A stretch of 64,000 bases of DNA from a bacterium HR37 (GTDB taxonomy: Bacteria; Desulfobacterota_D; UBA1144; Nemesobacterales; CSP1-2), in NCBI GenBank assembly GCA_002898375.1, contig BEIN01000012.1, positions 3,922-67,921 of the forward strand. The letters run 5' to 3'. The position numbers were made by a program, and so were the translations under genes. Of this stretch, positions 38,028-47,933 are shown one piece after another. Each line of letters begins with the position of its first letter. Position 1 is the first letter of the stretch. Under the pieces are notes generated by a model, which did not search any database, was not told the origin of the DNA, and worked only from the letters and a program-made list of their open reading frames with translations.

Positions 38028-38933
38028 TTACAAAAATGCGGGCAACACGCTCCTGGAAAACTTCTCCATCGTATCAAACATCTGTTTGTCGTTTTCCGTA
38101 CGTATGTCTACTACTATGTAGGAAATTCCCATCTCCTTAAGTGTGTTTATACGTTTTACTATTTCCTCAGGTGTACCGTACAGGGGAAAAGGATGTCTTA
38201 TATCCTCTTTAAAACCCTGTTTCCCTTTCTTATCGAGTATATTGAGTCTGTTCCTTATTGAGTATACAAATGGGGTGGACTCTCTCTTGGCCTCTTTACG
38301 TATCTTTTCTATATACGCTATCCCCTTTTCTATCTCTTTAAGACCAATCCATGTAGGGTGCCAGCCCTCCGCTAACATAGCAGCGCGTTTCATTGCGCTT
38401 TTGCTACTCCCACCTATCCATATAGGAGGATGGGGTTTCTGTACGGGTTTGGGATAGAACCTTATATCTGAGAACTTAAAGAAATCTCCATCAAATCTGG
38501 GATCGTCTTTTTCCCAGAGCTCTTTCATTATCTTTATGTACTCGTTGGTTCTTTTCCCCCTCTCTGTAAATGGTATGCCAAGTATATTAAACTCCTCTTT
38601 CATCCATCCAGCACCTATCCCGAAGATTACCCTTCCATTGGAAAGTACATCCAGGGTGGAGATCATCTTTGCAACAACTATGGGGTTTCTATATGGCAGG
38701 ATTATAACACTGGTTCCAAGTTTTAAGTTTTTCGTACGGGCTGCTATTGTAGAAAGCAGAACAAAAGGATCATAGAAAACCTCAGAGAACCTATCAAGGT
38801 AGTTGGTTGGAACAACTATATGGTCACTTACCCATACGGAATCGAACCCAAGTTCTTCTGCCTTGGTGGCTATATCTAAAGGTACCTGTGGTTCCAGATT
38901 CCTGTGGATTGGGATTGCTATTCCAAATCGCAT
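38028..38933 (-). CDS. LLM-class (luciferase-like) flavin/F420-dependent oxidoreductase
   Basis: TIM-barrel LLM pattern (MRFGIAIP... GFDSVWVSDH ... GR..FGIGAGW). Confidence 0.7.
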   Translation of the reverse strand: MRFGIAIPIHRNLEPQVPLDIATKAEELGFDSVWVSDHIVVPTNYLDRFSEVFYDPFVLLSTIAARTKNLKLGTSVIILPYRNPIVVAKMISTLDVLSNGRVIFGIGAGWMKEEFNILGIPFTERGKRTNEYIKIMKELWEKDDPRFDGDFFKFSDIRFYPKPVQKPHPPIWIGGSSKSAMKRAAMLAEGWHPTWIGLKEIEKGIAYIEKIRKEAKRESTPFVYSIRNRLNILDKKGKQGFKEDIRHPFPLYGTPEEIVKRINTLKEMGISYIVVDIRTENDKQMFDTMEKFSRSVLPAFL

Positions 38934-38971
38934 CCTGTTGCCCTTGATTCCCTTAAGAGCTTTTATGTATA

Positions 38972-39949
38972 ATGTCAGACATGCTAACCCTTAAACAAAG
39001 TATAAACGGAGCGCTTAAATATTTCTATATAAAGGCTACAAAGCGCCCTAAACTCGTTAACCTGGAGGTTACAAAGCTATGCAACGCAAGGTGTGATTTC
39101 TGTGATTACTGGCAGACAAAACACGAGATCAGGCTTTCTGATTACGGCCCTGTAATAAGGAAGATAAATCCTCTTGTGGTTGTAATTACCGGTGGAGAGC
39201 CTATGCTGAGGAAGGATCTTCCAAATATCGTTAGGCAGATAAAAGAGTCTTCTATGTTTATATTTACCTCTATGGTTACCAAAGGTGATCTTCTTACCCT
39301 GGAAAAGGCAAGAGAGTTATTTGAGTCAGGTCTTGATCAGATTGCCATATCACTTGATTTTTTGGGTAGCAAACACGACGCTTATAGGGGGATTCAGGGT
39401 CTGTGGGATCATCTCTCTGATCTCATTCCCAGGCTTGCAAGGACATTCAGTAAAAAAAGTGTGGTACTTAATACCATCATTATGTTAGATAACCTTGATC
39501 AGATAATAGATATTGCTCATCAAGCAAAAGATTGGGGGGTAAGTATCTCTTTTAGTTCCTACTCCGTTATGAAAACCAACAATACCTCTCATTTTGTAAA
39601 GAAACAGCAGATAGAGAGGGTAAGGGAGATAGTTGAAGAACTTATAAGGCTAAGGAGAAAGTGGAAGGGGGTTATTGTATCTACGGAATACTATCTCAGG
39701 GAGGTCCCAAGTTATTTTGAAAAAGGAGGGGTACCGGATTGCTTTGCTGGTATTAATATGATACAGGTAACCCCTAGTGGGCACATAAAGAGGTGCTCTG
39801 AGATGCCCGTTGTTGCCCACTACAGCGAGTACTTTCCCGGGTTCTTTGATAAGACCAGGTGCACCTCATGCTGGTATAGCTGTAGGGGGGAAACTCAAAC
39901 CCCTGTTGACCTTAGAAGGACCCTGGAGTACATGGGGATATGGATTTAA
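38972..39949 (+). CDS. Radical SAM domain protein
   Basis: CxxxCxxC cluster motif CNARCDFCDYW near the N-terminus, with additional C-terminal cysteines. Confidence 0.7.
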   Translation: MSDMLTLKQSINGALKYFYIKATKRPKLVNLEVTKLCNARCDFCDYWQTKHEIRLSDYGPVIRKINPLVVVITGGEPMLRKDLPNIVRQIKESSMFIFTSMVTKGDLLTLEKARELFESGLDQIAISLDFLGSKHDAYRGIQGLWDHLSDLIPRLARTFSKKSVVLNTIIMLDNLDQIIDIAHQAKDWGVSISFSSYSVMKTNNTSHFVKKQQIERVREIVEELIRLRRKWKGVIVSTEYYLREVPSYFEKGGVPDCFAGINMIQVTPSGHIKRCSEMPVVAHYSEYFPGFFDKTRCTSCWYSCRGETQTPVDLRRTLEYMGIWI

Positions 39950-39968
39950 CCGTACCGTGGTTTTTGTT

Positions 39969-41414
39969 TTAGTTGGTTTTTATCCTCCAGATTGTTCCCT
40001 TTGGTGTATCCTCTAGGATTATTCCTTTGGATTTTAGGTACTCTCTTATTTCATCTGCACGCTTCCAGTTCTTTGCCTTTCTTGCTTCTGTTCTCTCCCT
40101 TATAAGCTCTTCAATTTCCTGTTCCGTTATCTCAATGGGTCTTTTGCTTAGCTTTTCTTTTCTTAGATAATCATCCGGCTGATACTCAAGAATTCCAAGT
40201 ATGTTCCCAAGTGTTTTCATCTCTTTTATTGCCTCATCCAGAGTTGGTGTCCATCCAATTGAGTCAACGGATCTATTGATTGCTCTTGAGAGTTCAAAAA
40301 GGTCTCCAAGAGCATCTGCTGTATTAAAGTCATTGCACATTGCCTCAAACCAGCTCTGTTTGAACCTTTTTAAGCTGTTTGCAAGCTCTCTGTCTTCTGT
40401 TAAACTGCCTTCCTTTCTGAGATCACTGGCCCTTTTAATCGTTATATAGAGTCTTTCAAGGGCAGATTCGTTTTCATCTAGGGTCCTTTCTGAGAAATCT
40501 GCAGGGTTTTGATAATGGTGGGAGAGAAAAAAGAGCCTTATTGCCTCCCTGCTCCATCTGGAGAGAGCATCTTTTACGTTTATAATGTTTCCTATAGACT
40601 TTGACATCTTCTCGCGGTTAATCTGAATAAGCCCGTTGTGTATCCAGTACTTTACAAATTCTTTTCCGGTTGCTGCTTCTGATTGGGCTATTTCGTTTTC
40701 ATGGTGTGGAAAGATTAAATCTTTTCCCCCTCCATGAATCTCAAAGCTTGTACCCAGGTATTTCATGCTCATAGCGGAGCATTCTATGTGCCATCCTGGA
40801 CGTCCTTTTCCCCATGGACTTTCCCACCAGGGCTCATCAGGTTTTGCCCCTTTCCAGAGTGCAAAGTCAAGAGGGTCTTCTTTTTTCTCATTTATGTCTA
40901 TTCTTATGCCTGCAAGCATCTCTTCAGGGGTTCTTTTAGAGAGTTTGCCATAGCCTGGAAATTTCTTTATCGAGAAAAAGACATCTCCGTCGGATTGGTA
41001 TGCAAATCCTTTATCAACCAGTATTCTTATAAGCTCTATTATATCAGGTATGTGTTCTGTAACCTTAGGTTCAAAATCAGGGGGTTGGACTCCAAGCGCA
41101 TCCATATCTCTTCTGTATTCTTCTGTGTATATCCGGGCTATCTCATCTGGTGGTATTCCCGTTTGCCTTGATTTGTTTATTATTTTGTCATCTATATCTG
41201 TGAAGTTTCTTGCGTATGTTACCTTGTATCCCACATTTTGTAGAAACCTTCTTATAACATCAAAGGTTACAGCAGCCCTTGCATGACCCAGGTGCGCAGA
41301 GTCATATACCGTGGGGCCGCATACATACATTCTGATCCTGTTCCCTTCAAGGGGAACAAGCTCCTCCATCCTTTGTGAAAGTGTGTTGTAAACCTTTATC
41401 TTTATATCAACCAT
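39969..41414 (-). CDS. cysS: Cysteine--tRNA ligase
   Basis: HIGH motif (GPTVYDSAHLGHAR) and KMSKS motif (KMSKSIGN). Confidence 0.9.
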   Translation of the reverse strand: MVDIKIKVYNTLSQRMEELVPLEGNRIRMYVCGPTVYDSAHLGHARAAVTFDVIRRFLQNVGYKVTYARNFTDIDDKIINKSRQTGIPPDEIARIYTEEYRRDMDALGVQPPDFEPKVTEHIPDIIELIRILVDKGFAYQSDGDVFFSIKKFPGYGKLSKRTPEEMLAGIRIDINEKKEDPLDFALWKGAKPDEPWWESPWGKGRPGWHIECSAMSMKYLGTSFEIHGGGKDLIFPHHENEIAQSEAATGKEFVKYWIHNGLIQINREKMSKSIGNIINVKDALSRWSREAIRLFFLSHHYQNPADFSERTLDENESALERLYITIKRASDLRKEGSLTEDRELANSLKRFKQSWFEAMCNDFNTADALGDLFELSRAINRSVDSIGWTPTLDEAIKEMKTLGNILGILEYQPDDYLRKEKLSKRPIEITEQEIEELIRERTEARKAKNWKRADEIREYLKSKGIILEDTPKGTIWRIKTN

Positions 41415-41421
41415 TGTAACC

Positions 41422-42231
41422 CTATATTAGGTCTTCTCCTCCATCTACCCCTATTACGTTTCCAGTTATCCAGTATGTTCCGGGATGTGAGAGAGCAACT
41501 ATTGCTTCTGCCACATCTTTAGGGGTGGTAAGCCTTCCGCTTGGGTTTGCTTGAAGGGCCTTCTCTATTATCAATTCGTGACCTGGTATCTTGCGGAGGG
41601 CTGGAGTGTCAGTAACGCCTGCTCTCAGTGCGTTTACCGTTATCCCATATGGAGCAAGCTCAACTGCGAGCTGTCTTACATGGGCTTCAAGCGCTGCCTT
41701 TGAAGCAGAAACAGGTCCATAGGTGGGCCATACTCTGTGCCCTCCAGCACTGGTCATTGCAAATATCCTTCCACCTGATACCATGAGGTTTCTAAGAACG
41801 ATTTCCTGTGTCCAGTAAACCAGACTGTGAGCCATAACATCAAGGGTCATATTCATATTTGACTCCGTAACCATTTCCTTGGGAGAGTTTGATATATAGG
41901 GTTTTAGGGTTCCAAAGGCAAGTGAGTGAAGCATTATCTTTATGCCAGAGGGGTTTTGGTTTTCCTTAAGTACCTGCTCTATATGGTCTATGGTTTCTCT
42001 TCGTTTCTCTGAATCCGATGCATTTATGTTAAAAAAAACAGCCTGTCTGCCTTTTTCCTTGATGGTACCTATAATTCGCTCGACATTTGGCATTGTGGAC
42101 TTTCTATCCAGATGGATACCAAATATGTGCATTCCAGCCTCGGCAAGCCGAATTGCAACTGCTTCTCCAAAACCGCTAGAGGCTCCCAGTATAAGTGCCC
42201 AGTTATCTTTTAGATGGGTTTCTGTACTCAA
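41422..42231 (-). CDS. SDR-family NAD(P)-dependent oxidoreductase (enoyl reductase-like N-terminal GASSGFG motif)
   Basis: Rossmann-type G-rich motif ILGASSGFGEAVA. Length 269 aa. Confidence 0.55.
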   Translation of the reverse strand: MSTETHLKDNWALILGASSGFGEAVAIRLAEAGMHIFGIHLDRKSTMPNVERIIGTIKEKGRQAVFFNINASDSEKRRETIDHIEQVLKENQNPSGIKIMLHSLAFGTLKPYISNSPKEMVTESNMNMTLDVMAHSLVYWTQEIVLRNLMVSGGRIFAMTSAGGHRVWPTYGPVSASKAALEAHVRQLAVELAPYGITVNALRAGVTDTPALRKIPGHELIIEKALQANPSGRLTTPKDVAEAIVALSHPGTYWITGNVIGVDGGEDLI

Positions 42232-42538
42232 AGGGTCCTCCCTGAATTTTGATGTTTATAAATACCTTAGAGATTCTACGCACTTTGATGCGAATTTCAA
42301 GAACGGAACCACCTAAATTATAACCTGTTGATTGAGTGCTTTCCCCCATCCAAATCCAACCTTTCTCCTGGCGGTTCTTTAAATCTTACCTGCTTCTTTG
42401 TATCCTGTACCGTTAATCGTCTCTAGGGGGGCTAAGCCTGTGTGCCAGTTTATTTATTAGGTCTGTGCATATACCTGGTTATGGAGTCAATCATTACTTT
42501 AATGATAGACTGGAAAGGAGGTTATTGACAATACGAAG

Positions 42539-43069
42539 GTGTTTAAGGAAATTATTAAGCAACTCCAAGCATATATGAATGCGTATTTTTTTTACTCCAG
42601 TATCTGTGATTCTCTATTTGGAAGCGTAGTCGTTGTTGGAACTCACCGTGGTGTTTTTAGGGTTATATTTGGGGAAGAGGAGTTTAGAAGGTTTATGGTA
42701 AATTTTAGAGGTATTAAGCTTCTTAAAGGAGGAGAGCCTCAAAGGGCTTCTTTGGAGATTAAGAGGTACCTGCGGGGAATGATTAACAATTTTAGTGTAA
42801 GATTGGATCTATCCATGGGAACCCCGTTTCAAAGGTCTGTTTGGGAAGAGGTTTTAAAGATACCCTATGGGCAAGTTAGGACATATGGGGAGATAGCAAA
42901 AAGTATTGGTAAACCCAGGGCATTTCGTGCTGTTGGAAGGGCGGTTGCCCTAAACCCTGTCCCTATACTTGTTCCATGTCACCGGGTGGTTTCATCTTGT
43001 GGTTTAGGAGGATACTCTCCCGGGATTCAGTTTAAGAAAAGGCTTCTTATGATTGAGGGATTTCTTTAA
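42539..43069 (+). CDS. ogt: Methylated-DNA--protein-cysteine methyltransferase
   Basis: Active-site PCHRV and the DNA-binding HTH (YGEIAKSIGKPRAFRAVGRA). Confidence 0.8.
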   Translation: MFKEIIKQLQAYMNAYFFYSSICDSLFGSVVVVGTHRGVFRVIFGEEEFRRFMVNFRGIKLLKGGEPQRASLEIKRYLRGMINNFSVRLDLSMGTPFQRSVWEEVLKIPYGQVRTYGEIAKSIGKPRAFRAVGRAVALNPVPILVPCHRVVSSCGLGGYSPGIQFKKRLLMIEGFL

Positions 43070-43529
43070 TCTGGTGAGAAAACATCTTACACTCCTTTTT
43101 GCAACGTTTTTTTATATGGGATACTCTCCAGTTGCTCCTGGAACGGTGGGTACTATAGGGGCAGTGTTTCTGCTTTTTGCCCTTTCTATGTTTTCCTTGG
43201 AGGTCTATTTTTTCTTTTTGATTGGGTTTATAATTTTCTCTATATGGGTTTCCGGCCGAGCATCATGTCTTTTGGGGGCAGAAGACCCTAGGCAGGTTGT
43301 TATAGATGAGGTGTGTGGATATATGGTAACCATGTCTTTTTTACCCCTTAGCTTAACGAATATGGTTATCGGGTTTTTCTTGTTTAGGTTTTTCGATGTT
43401 GTAAAACCTCCTCCATTAAGGAGACTGGAGTCTTTAAAAGGTGGAGTCGGTATTGTTGCAGACGATATATGTGCTGGGGTATATGCAAACTTTATTCTCC
43501 AGATTATCACAAGGGTAAAGGGGGGTTAA
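43053..43529 (+). CDS. pgpA: Phosphatidylglycerophosphatase A
   Basis: PgpA signature (GYSPVAPGTVGT ... FFLFRFFDVVKPPP). Confidence 0.8.
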   Translation: MRDFFNLVRKHLTLLFATFFYMGYSPVAPGTVGTIGAVFLLFALSMFSLEVYFFFLIGFIIFSIWVSGRASCLLGAEDPRQVVIDEVCGYMVTMSFLPLSLTNMVIGFFLFRFFDVVKPPPLRRLESLKGGVGIVADDICAGVYANFILQIITRVKGG

Positions 43530-43542
43530 AGGGGGTATTTAG

Positions 43543-44772
43543 GTGAATTTAGAGGTTATAACTACAGGTGATGAGATAGTAAGTGGTATAACACTTGATA
43601 CAAATTTCCATTGGATAGCAGGTAGGCTAACCGAGCTTGGTTTTAACGTGGGTTTTCATACCAGTGTTGGAGATAGCAAGGAACTTATACTAAATGCCCT
43701 GGAGATAGCAGGTAAGAGGTCTAGCGTTGTTATAGTATCTGGAGGCCTGGGACCTACACCTGATGATTTAACTGCTGAGGTGGCCTCTCTTTTCTTCGGG
43801 GTTCCACTTGAGCTAAACAAAGAAGCTCTCTACATGGTGGAAGAAAGGTTAAGGGAGCGGGGACGAAAGTTCCTTGAGGCAAACAAGAAGCAGGCATATT
43901 TGCCAAAGGGTGCAACTGTACTTAAAAACCTCTGGGGAACTGCTCCTGGATTTCAATTTGAAAACAAAGGCGTTACATTCTTTTTCCTTCCGGGTGTTCC
44001 AAAAGAGTTTAAAGCGATGGTGGAAGAATACGTTATTCCCTATCTTAATAAGAGGTGTCCGAATAGGGACGTATACAGGGTTAAGACAATTAAAACTTTT
44101 GGCCTAAGGGAGTCTGAGATTGCAGAGAGGTTAAGAGGAATTGAGCGAGAGGGTATAAAAATCGGATTCAGTCCATCCTTTCCCGAGGTTCATATAAGGG
44201 TTGTGGCAAGGGGAAAAGAAGTAGATTCTCTGGTCTCTAAGACTGTGAACGATATTGTCTCCAGACTCGGAGACCATGTGTTTTCCACCGAAGGAGAAAC
44301 CCTTGAGGAGGTTGTTGGAAAGCTTCTTTTCCAAAGGGGACTGATTCTTTCCGTTGCAGAATCTTGCACAGGAGGTCTTCTTGCCCACAGAATAACCAAT
44401 GTTCCTGGAAGCTCAAACTACTTTAATAGAGGAGTTGTTGTTTACAGCAATGAATCCAAAGTGGAGATTCTCGGGGTGCCAGAGGAGATGATTTCATCTT
44501 TTGGGGCTGTAAGTGCAGAGGTTGTTAAGGCAATGGCAGATGGTATAAGGAGGATATCAAACTCGGATCTGGGTGTTGCAATATCAGGGATTGCCGGTCC
44601 TGGAGGTGGAACGCCGGAAAAACCCGTAGGAACCGTTTTTATAGGTATGTCGCACAGTAAAGGGACAGAGTCCAAAAGGTATCTTTTTAAAGGAACCAGA
44701 GAGGAGATAAAGGTTTTATCGTCTGAAACAGCTTTGGATTGGATTAGGAAATTTATTTTAAATGATGTATAA
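43543..44772 (+). CDS. cinA: CinA-family competence/damage-inducible protein (NMN deamidase domain at C-terminus)
   Basis: N-terminal MoCF-biosynthesis-like domain (ITTGDEIVSG) plus a CinA C-terminal domain. It sits immediately upstream of recA. Confidence 0.85.
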   Translation: MNLEVITTGDEIVSGITLDTNFHWIAGRLTELGFNVGFHTSVGDSKELILNALEIAGKRSSVVIVSGGLGPTPDDLTAEVASLFFGVPLELNKEALYMVEERLRERGRKFLEANKKQAYLPKGATVLKNLWGTAPGFQFENKGVTFFFLPGVPKEFKAMVEEYVIPYLNKRCPNRDVYRVKTIKTFGLRESEIAERLRGIEREGIKIGFSPSFPEVHIRVVARGKEVDSLVSKTVNDIVSRLGDHVFSTEGETLEEVVGKLLFQRGLILSVAESCTGGLLAHRITNVPGSSNYFNRGVVVYSNESKVEILGVPEEMISSFGAVSAEVVKAMADGIRRISNSDLGVAISGIAGPGGGTPEKPVGTVFIGMSHSKGTESKRYLFKGTREEIKVLSSETALDWIRKFILNDV

Positions 44773-44803
44773 TCATTAATTATTTAGATAGTGGGTTGGT
44801 GTT

Positions 44804-45829
44804 ATGTCAAGCATAAACAAAGAAAAAGCTATAGAACTTGCCTTATCTTCTATTGAGAAACAGTTTGGAAAAGGCGCCATTATGCGCCTTGGGGCTGATG
44901 CTGCTGCTACCGCTGAGATCTCTGTAATTCCCACCGGCTCTATAGGGCTTGATATTGCCTTGGGCGTTGGTGGATTTCCCAGGGGCAGGATTGTAGAGAT
45001 ATTTGGTCCTGAGGCTTCGGGAAAAACAACCCTTGCTTTACATGCAATAGCTGAGTCTCAAAAACTCGGTGGGATTGCTGCTTTTGTTGATGCGGAACAC
45101 GCACTCGACCTTAACTATGCAAGGGGTCTTGGGGTTAAGATAGAGGATCTTCTTATTTCGCAACCTGACTTTGGTGAGCAGGCACTAGAGATTGTTGATA
45201 CGCTTGTAAGAAGCGGTGCAGTTGATGTTATAGTGCTTGATTCGGTAGCCGCACTTACCCCCAGAGTGGAGATTGAAGGGGATATGGGTGATGCACATGT
45301 CGGTCTTCAGGCAAGGCTTATGTCTCAGGCTCTAAGGAAGATAACGGCCAGTGTCAGCAAATCCAAAACGATAGTTATTTTTGTGAATCAGACCAGGATG
45401 AAAATCGGTGTTCCTTCTTATATGAATCCGGAGACAACTACCGGAGGAACAGCGCTTAAGTTTTATGCCTCGGTTAGGATTGATATAAGAAGGGTGGGTT
45501 CTGTAAAGGACGGAGATGAGGTTTCTGGAAACAGGGTAAGGGCCAAGGTGGTAAAGAACAAGGTTGCTCCTCCTTTTAGGGAGGCTGAGTTTGATATCAT
45601 CTTTGGTAGTGGAATCTCTCAGGAAGGAGAGTTAATTGACCTTGGAACCAAGCTAAAGGTTATAGAGAAAAGCGGAACATGGTTTTCCTTTGAAGGAGAG
45701 AGATTGGGGCAGGGAAGGGAGAATGCAAAGGCCTTTCTCAAGGAACATCCGGATGTAATGGAGAGAATAAAAAGAGAGGTTCTTTCAAGGTCAGCCCTTG
45801 CCAGGGAAGTAAAACCTGAAGAGGTATAG
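44804..45829 (+). CDS. recA: Recombinase RecA
   Basis: Walker [14 protein letters not shown], the L1/L2 loops, and a canonical RecA start ([25 protein letters not shown]). Confidence 0.95.
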   Translation: MSSINKEKAIELALSSIEKQFGKGAIMRLGADAAATAEISVIPTGSIGLDIALGVGGFPRGRIVEIFGPEASGKTTLALHAIAESQKLGGIAAFVDAEHALDLNYARGLGVKIEDLLISQPDFGEQALEIVDTLVRSGAVDVIVLDSVAALTPRVEIEGDMGDAHVGLQARLMSQALRKITASVSKSKTIVIFVNQTRMKIGVPSYMNPETTTGGTALKFYASVRIDIRRVGSVKDGDEVSGNRVRAKVVKNKVAPPFREAEFDIIFGSGISQEGELIDLGTKLKVIEKSGTWFSFEGERLGQGRENAKAFLKEHPDVMERIKREVLSRSALAREVKPEEV

Positions 45830-45830
45830 C

Positions 45831-46976
45831 ATGCACATAGATGATATTCTAAGGGCAGCGGTTAAGGTAGGTGCCTCTGATGTTCATCTAAAAGTTGGCA
45901 GTCATCCCGTTTTCAGGATAGAAGGAAGTCTCTTTTTTATAAAGGAAGCTCCAGTGATCACAGAGGAGTTTATGCAGAGAACTGCTTTTTCAATGATGAG
46001 TGCATTGCAGAGGGAGCGGTTTAAGCAATCAAACGATGTTGACCTGGCGTATAACCTTCCAGGGGTATCCCGTTTTAGGGTTAACATATTTCAGCAACGT
46101 GGTGCACTCTCTATGGCTTTAAGGGTAATCCCTTCTGTTATAAGAGACTTTCGCTCACTTAACCTACCACCCATAATAGAGAAAATAGCACAGGAAGAGA
46201 GAGGGCTTGTGCTTGTTACGGGAACAACAGGAAGCGGAAAGACAACAACCCTTGCTTCCATAATTGATTACATAAACTCAACTCGTGTAAAACACATAAT
46301 AACCATAGAAGACCCGATTGAGTATGTTCATGTGGACAAGAAAAGCTATATAAATCAACGTGAATTGGGTATAGATACCTTCTCTTTTTCGAGTGCCTTA
46401 AGGGCAGCCCTTAGAGAAGACCCCGATGTAATACTGGTTGGTGAGATGAGAGACCTTGAAACGATTGAGATTGCAATCTCTGCTGCTGAAACCGGGCATC
46501 TTGTGTTCTCTACACTTCATACACTGGATGCAAAGGAGACTGTAAACAGAATCCTTGCTGTCTTTCCCTCAAACCAGCAAAACCAGATAAGGTATCAGCT
46601 TTCTCAGGTTCTAAAGGCAATAGTGTCCTTGCGCCTTGTTCCCAGGGCAGATGGAAAGGGAAGGGTTCCAGCCGTTGAGGTGTTGATAGCTACAGCAAGA
46701 ATAAGAGACTGTATAGCCAATCCATCAAAGACCGATGAGATTAGAAGTGCCATTGAAGAAGGGAATCTCCACTACGGTATGCAGACCTTTGATCAGAGCC
46801 TGTTTGATCTCTATCAAAGGGGTCTTATTACTTATGAGGAGGCCCTTGCACAGGCAACAAATAAAGATGATCTGGCTCTTAAGATAAAGGGAGTTACCCC
46901 TGGCTCTGTTTCGGTATCTGAAAGTAGGGTTGATTTCGAGCTTGAAACGGATACTAAGAAGTACTTAAAAAATTAG
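45831..46976 (+). CDS. pilT: Type IV pilus twitching-motility ATPase PilT
   Basis: Walker A GTTGSGKTTT, Asp box and the PilT-specific AIRNLIRE-like region. 381 aa. Confidence 0.9.
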   Translation: MHIDDILRAAVKVGASDVHLKVGSHPVFRIEGSLFFIKEAPVITEEFMQRTAFSMMSALQRERFKQSNDVDLAYNLPGVSRFRVNIFQQRGALSMALRVIPSVIRDFRSLNLPPIIEKIAQEERGLVLVTGTTGSGKTTTLASIIDYINSTRVKHIITIEDPIEYVHVDKKSYINQRELGIDTFSFSSALRAALREDPDVILVGEMRDLETIEIAISAAETGHLVFSTLHTLDAKETVNRILAVFPSNQQNQIRYQLSQVLKAIVSLRLVPRADGKGRVPAVEVLIATARIRDCIANPSKTDEIRSAIEEGNLHYGMQTFDQSLFDLYQRGLITYEEALAQATNKDDLALKIKGVTPGSVSVSESRVDFELETDTKKYLKN

Positions 46977-46995
46977 GTTTTTTATAAGTCTTAGA

Positions 46996-47694
46996 ATGTG
47001 GGTGCTGGGTATTGAAACCTCTACTTATGCAGGGAGTGTTGCTTTAATTGAAGACGAAAGGGTTGTTGGGGAGGTATTTATAAACCTGGGGCCATCGCAT
47101 TCTGAAAAACTCCTTCCCATAATCGAGTGGTTGTTAAGAGAGGTTGGCTTAAATAAGGAAGATGTAGAGGGAATAGCAGTTTCTGTTGGGCCGGGCTCTT
47201 TTACCTCGGTAAGGGTTGGAGTAGCCACTGCAAAGGGACTGGCTTTTTCCCTCGGTGTGCCTGTAGTTGGCGTTTCGTCTCTAGAGGTTCTTGCGCTAAA
47301 TTTCCCTTTTGCACCTTTTGTTATATGTTCTATAATAGATGCAAGGAAGGGAGAGGTCTTTATGGCGCTCTTTAGGTCTCTAAACGGCTCTCTAGAAAGA
47401 ATAAGTGAAGACACCTTAGTACGACCTGAGCAGCTTATATCCATTATTAGGGAGAAAACGGTCTTTGTAGGTGACGGTACTTTATCTTACAGGGAACTGT
47501 TAAAGGACTCTCTTGGAGAGCTTGCTCTTTTTTCAACTCCCAGTTTAAACTTTCCCAGGGCTTCTAATTGTGCCCTTATAGGAATTGAGAGGTTAAAGAA
47601 GGGGCAAAAGGATGATGTATTCTCCCTTGCTCCAAAATATTTAAGAAAATCAGATGCCGAAATTTTAAAAGAAAAGAGAGGTGAAATACAATGA
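46996..47694 (+). CDS. tsaB: tRNA threonylcarbamoyladenosine biosynthesis protein TsaB
   Basis: N-terminal VLGIETSTYAGSVAL and a Kae1/YeaZ fold without metal-binding His pairs. Confidence 0.8.
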   Translation: MWVLGIETSTYAGSVALIEDERVVGEVFINLGPSHSEKLLPIIEWLLREVGLNKEDVEGIAVSVGPGSFTSVRVGVATAKGLAFSLGVPVVGVSSLEVLALNFPFAPFVICSIIDARKGEVFMALFRSLNGSLERISEDTLVRPEQLISIIREKTVFVGDGTLSYRELLKDSLGELALFSTPSLNFPRASNCALIGIERLKKGQKDDVFSLAPKYLRKSDAEILKEKRGEIQ

Positions 47695-47912
47695 AGGAAG
47701 AAGAAATAATAGAGCAGCTACTAGAGAAGGATGAAGAGTTTAGAGCTCTTTATCTTGAGCACAGGAAGTTAGATGATATGGTAAAGGCTCTTGAACAAAA
47801 AGGGCCGATTTCTCTTGACGAAGAGCTAGAAATCAAGAAACTAAAGAAGAAAAAGCTTTCTCTGAAAGATGAGATGGAGCAGAAAATAAGAAAGGTGAAG
47901 CAAAGTTTGTAA
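47691..47912 (+). CDS. DUF465 (YdcH-like) small coiled-coil protein
   Basis: 73 aa with a coiled-coil pattern. The stop overlaps the tsaB stop region. Confidence 0.45.
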   Translation: MKEEEIIEQLLEKDEEFRALYLEHRKLDDMVKALEQKGPISLDEELEIKKLKKKKLSLKDEMEQKIRKVKQSL

Positions 47913-47933
47913 TTAATTCAGGGGGTAATTTAT

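Noticed and set aside
40734-41171. 145-aa plus-strand ORF (and several others at 39973-41286)
   Set aside because: They are antisense to the well-supported cysS gene and have low-complexity Cys/Phe/Ser-rich translations typical of shadow ORFs.
47025-47444. 139-aa minus-strand ORF
   Set aside because: It is antisense within tsaB and is a shadow ORF.
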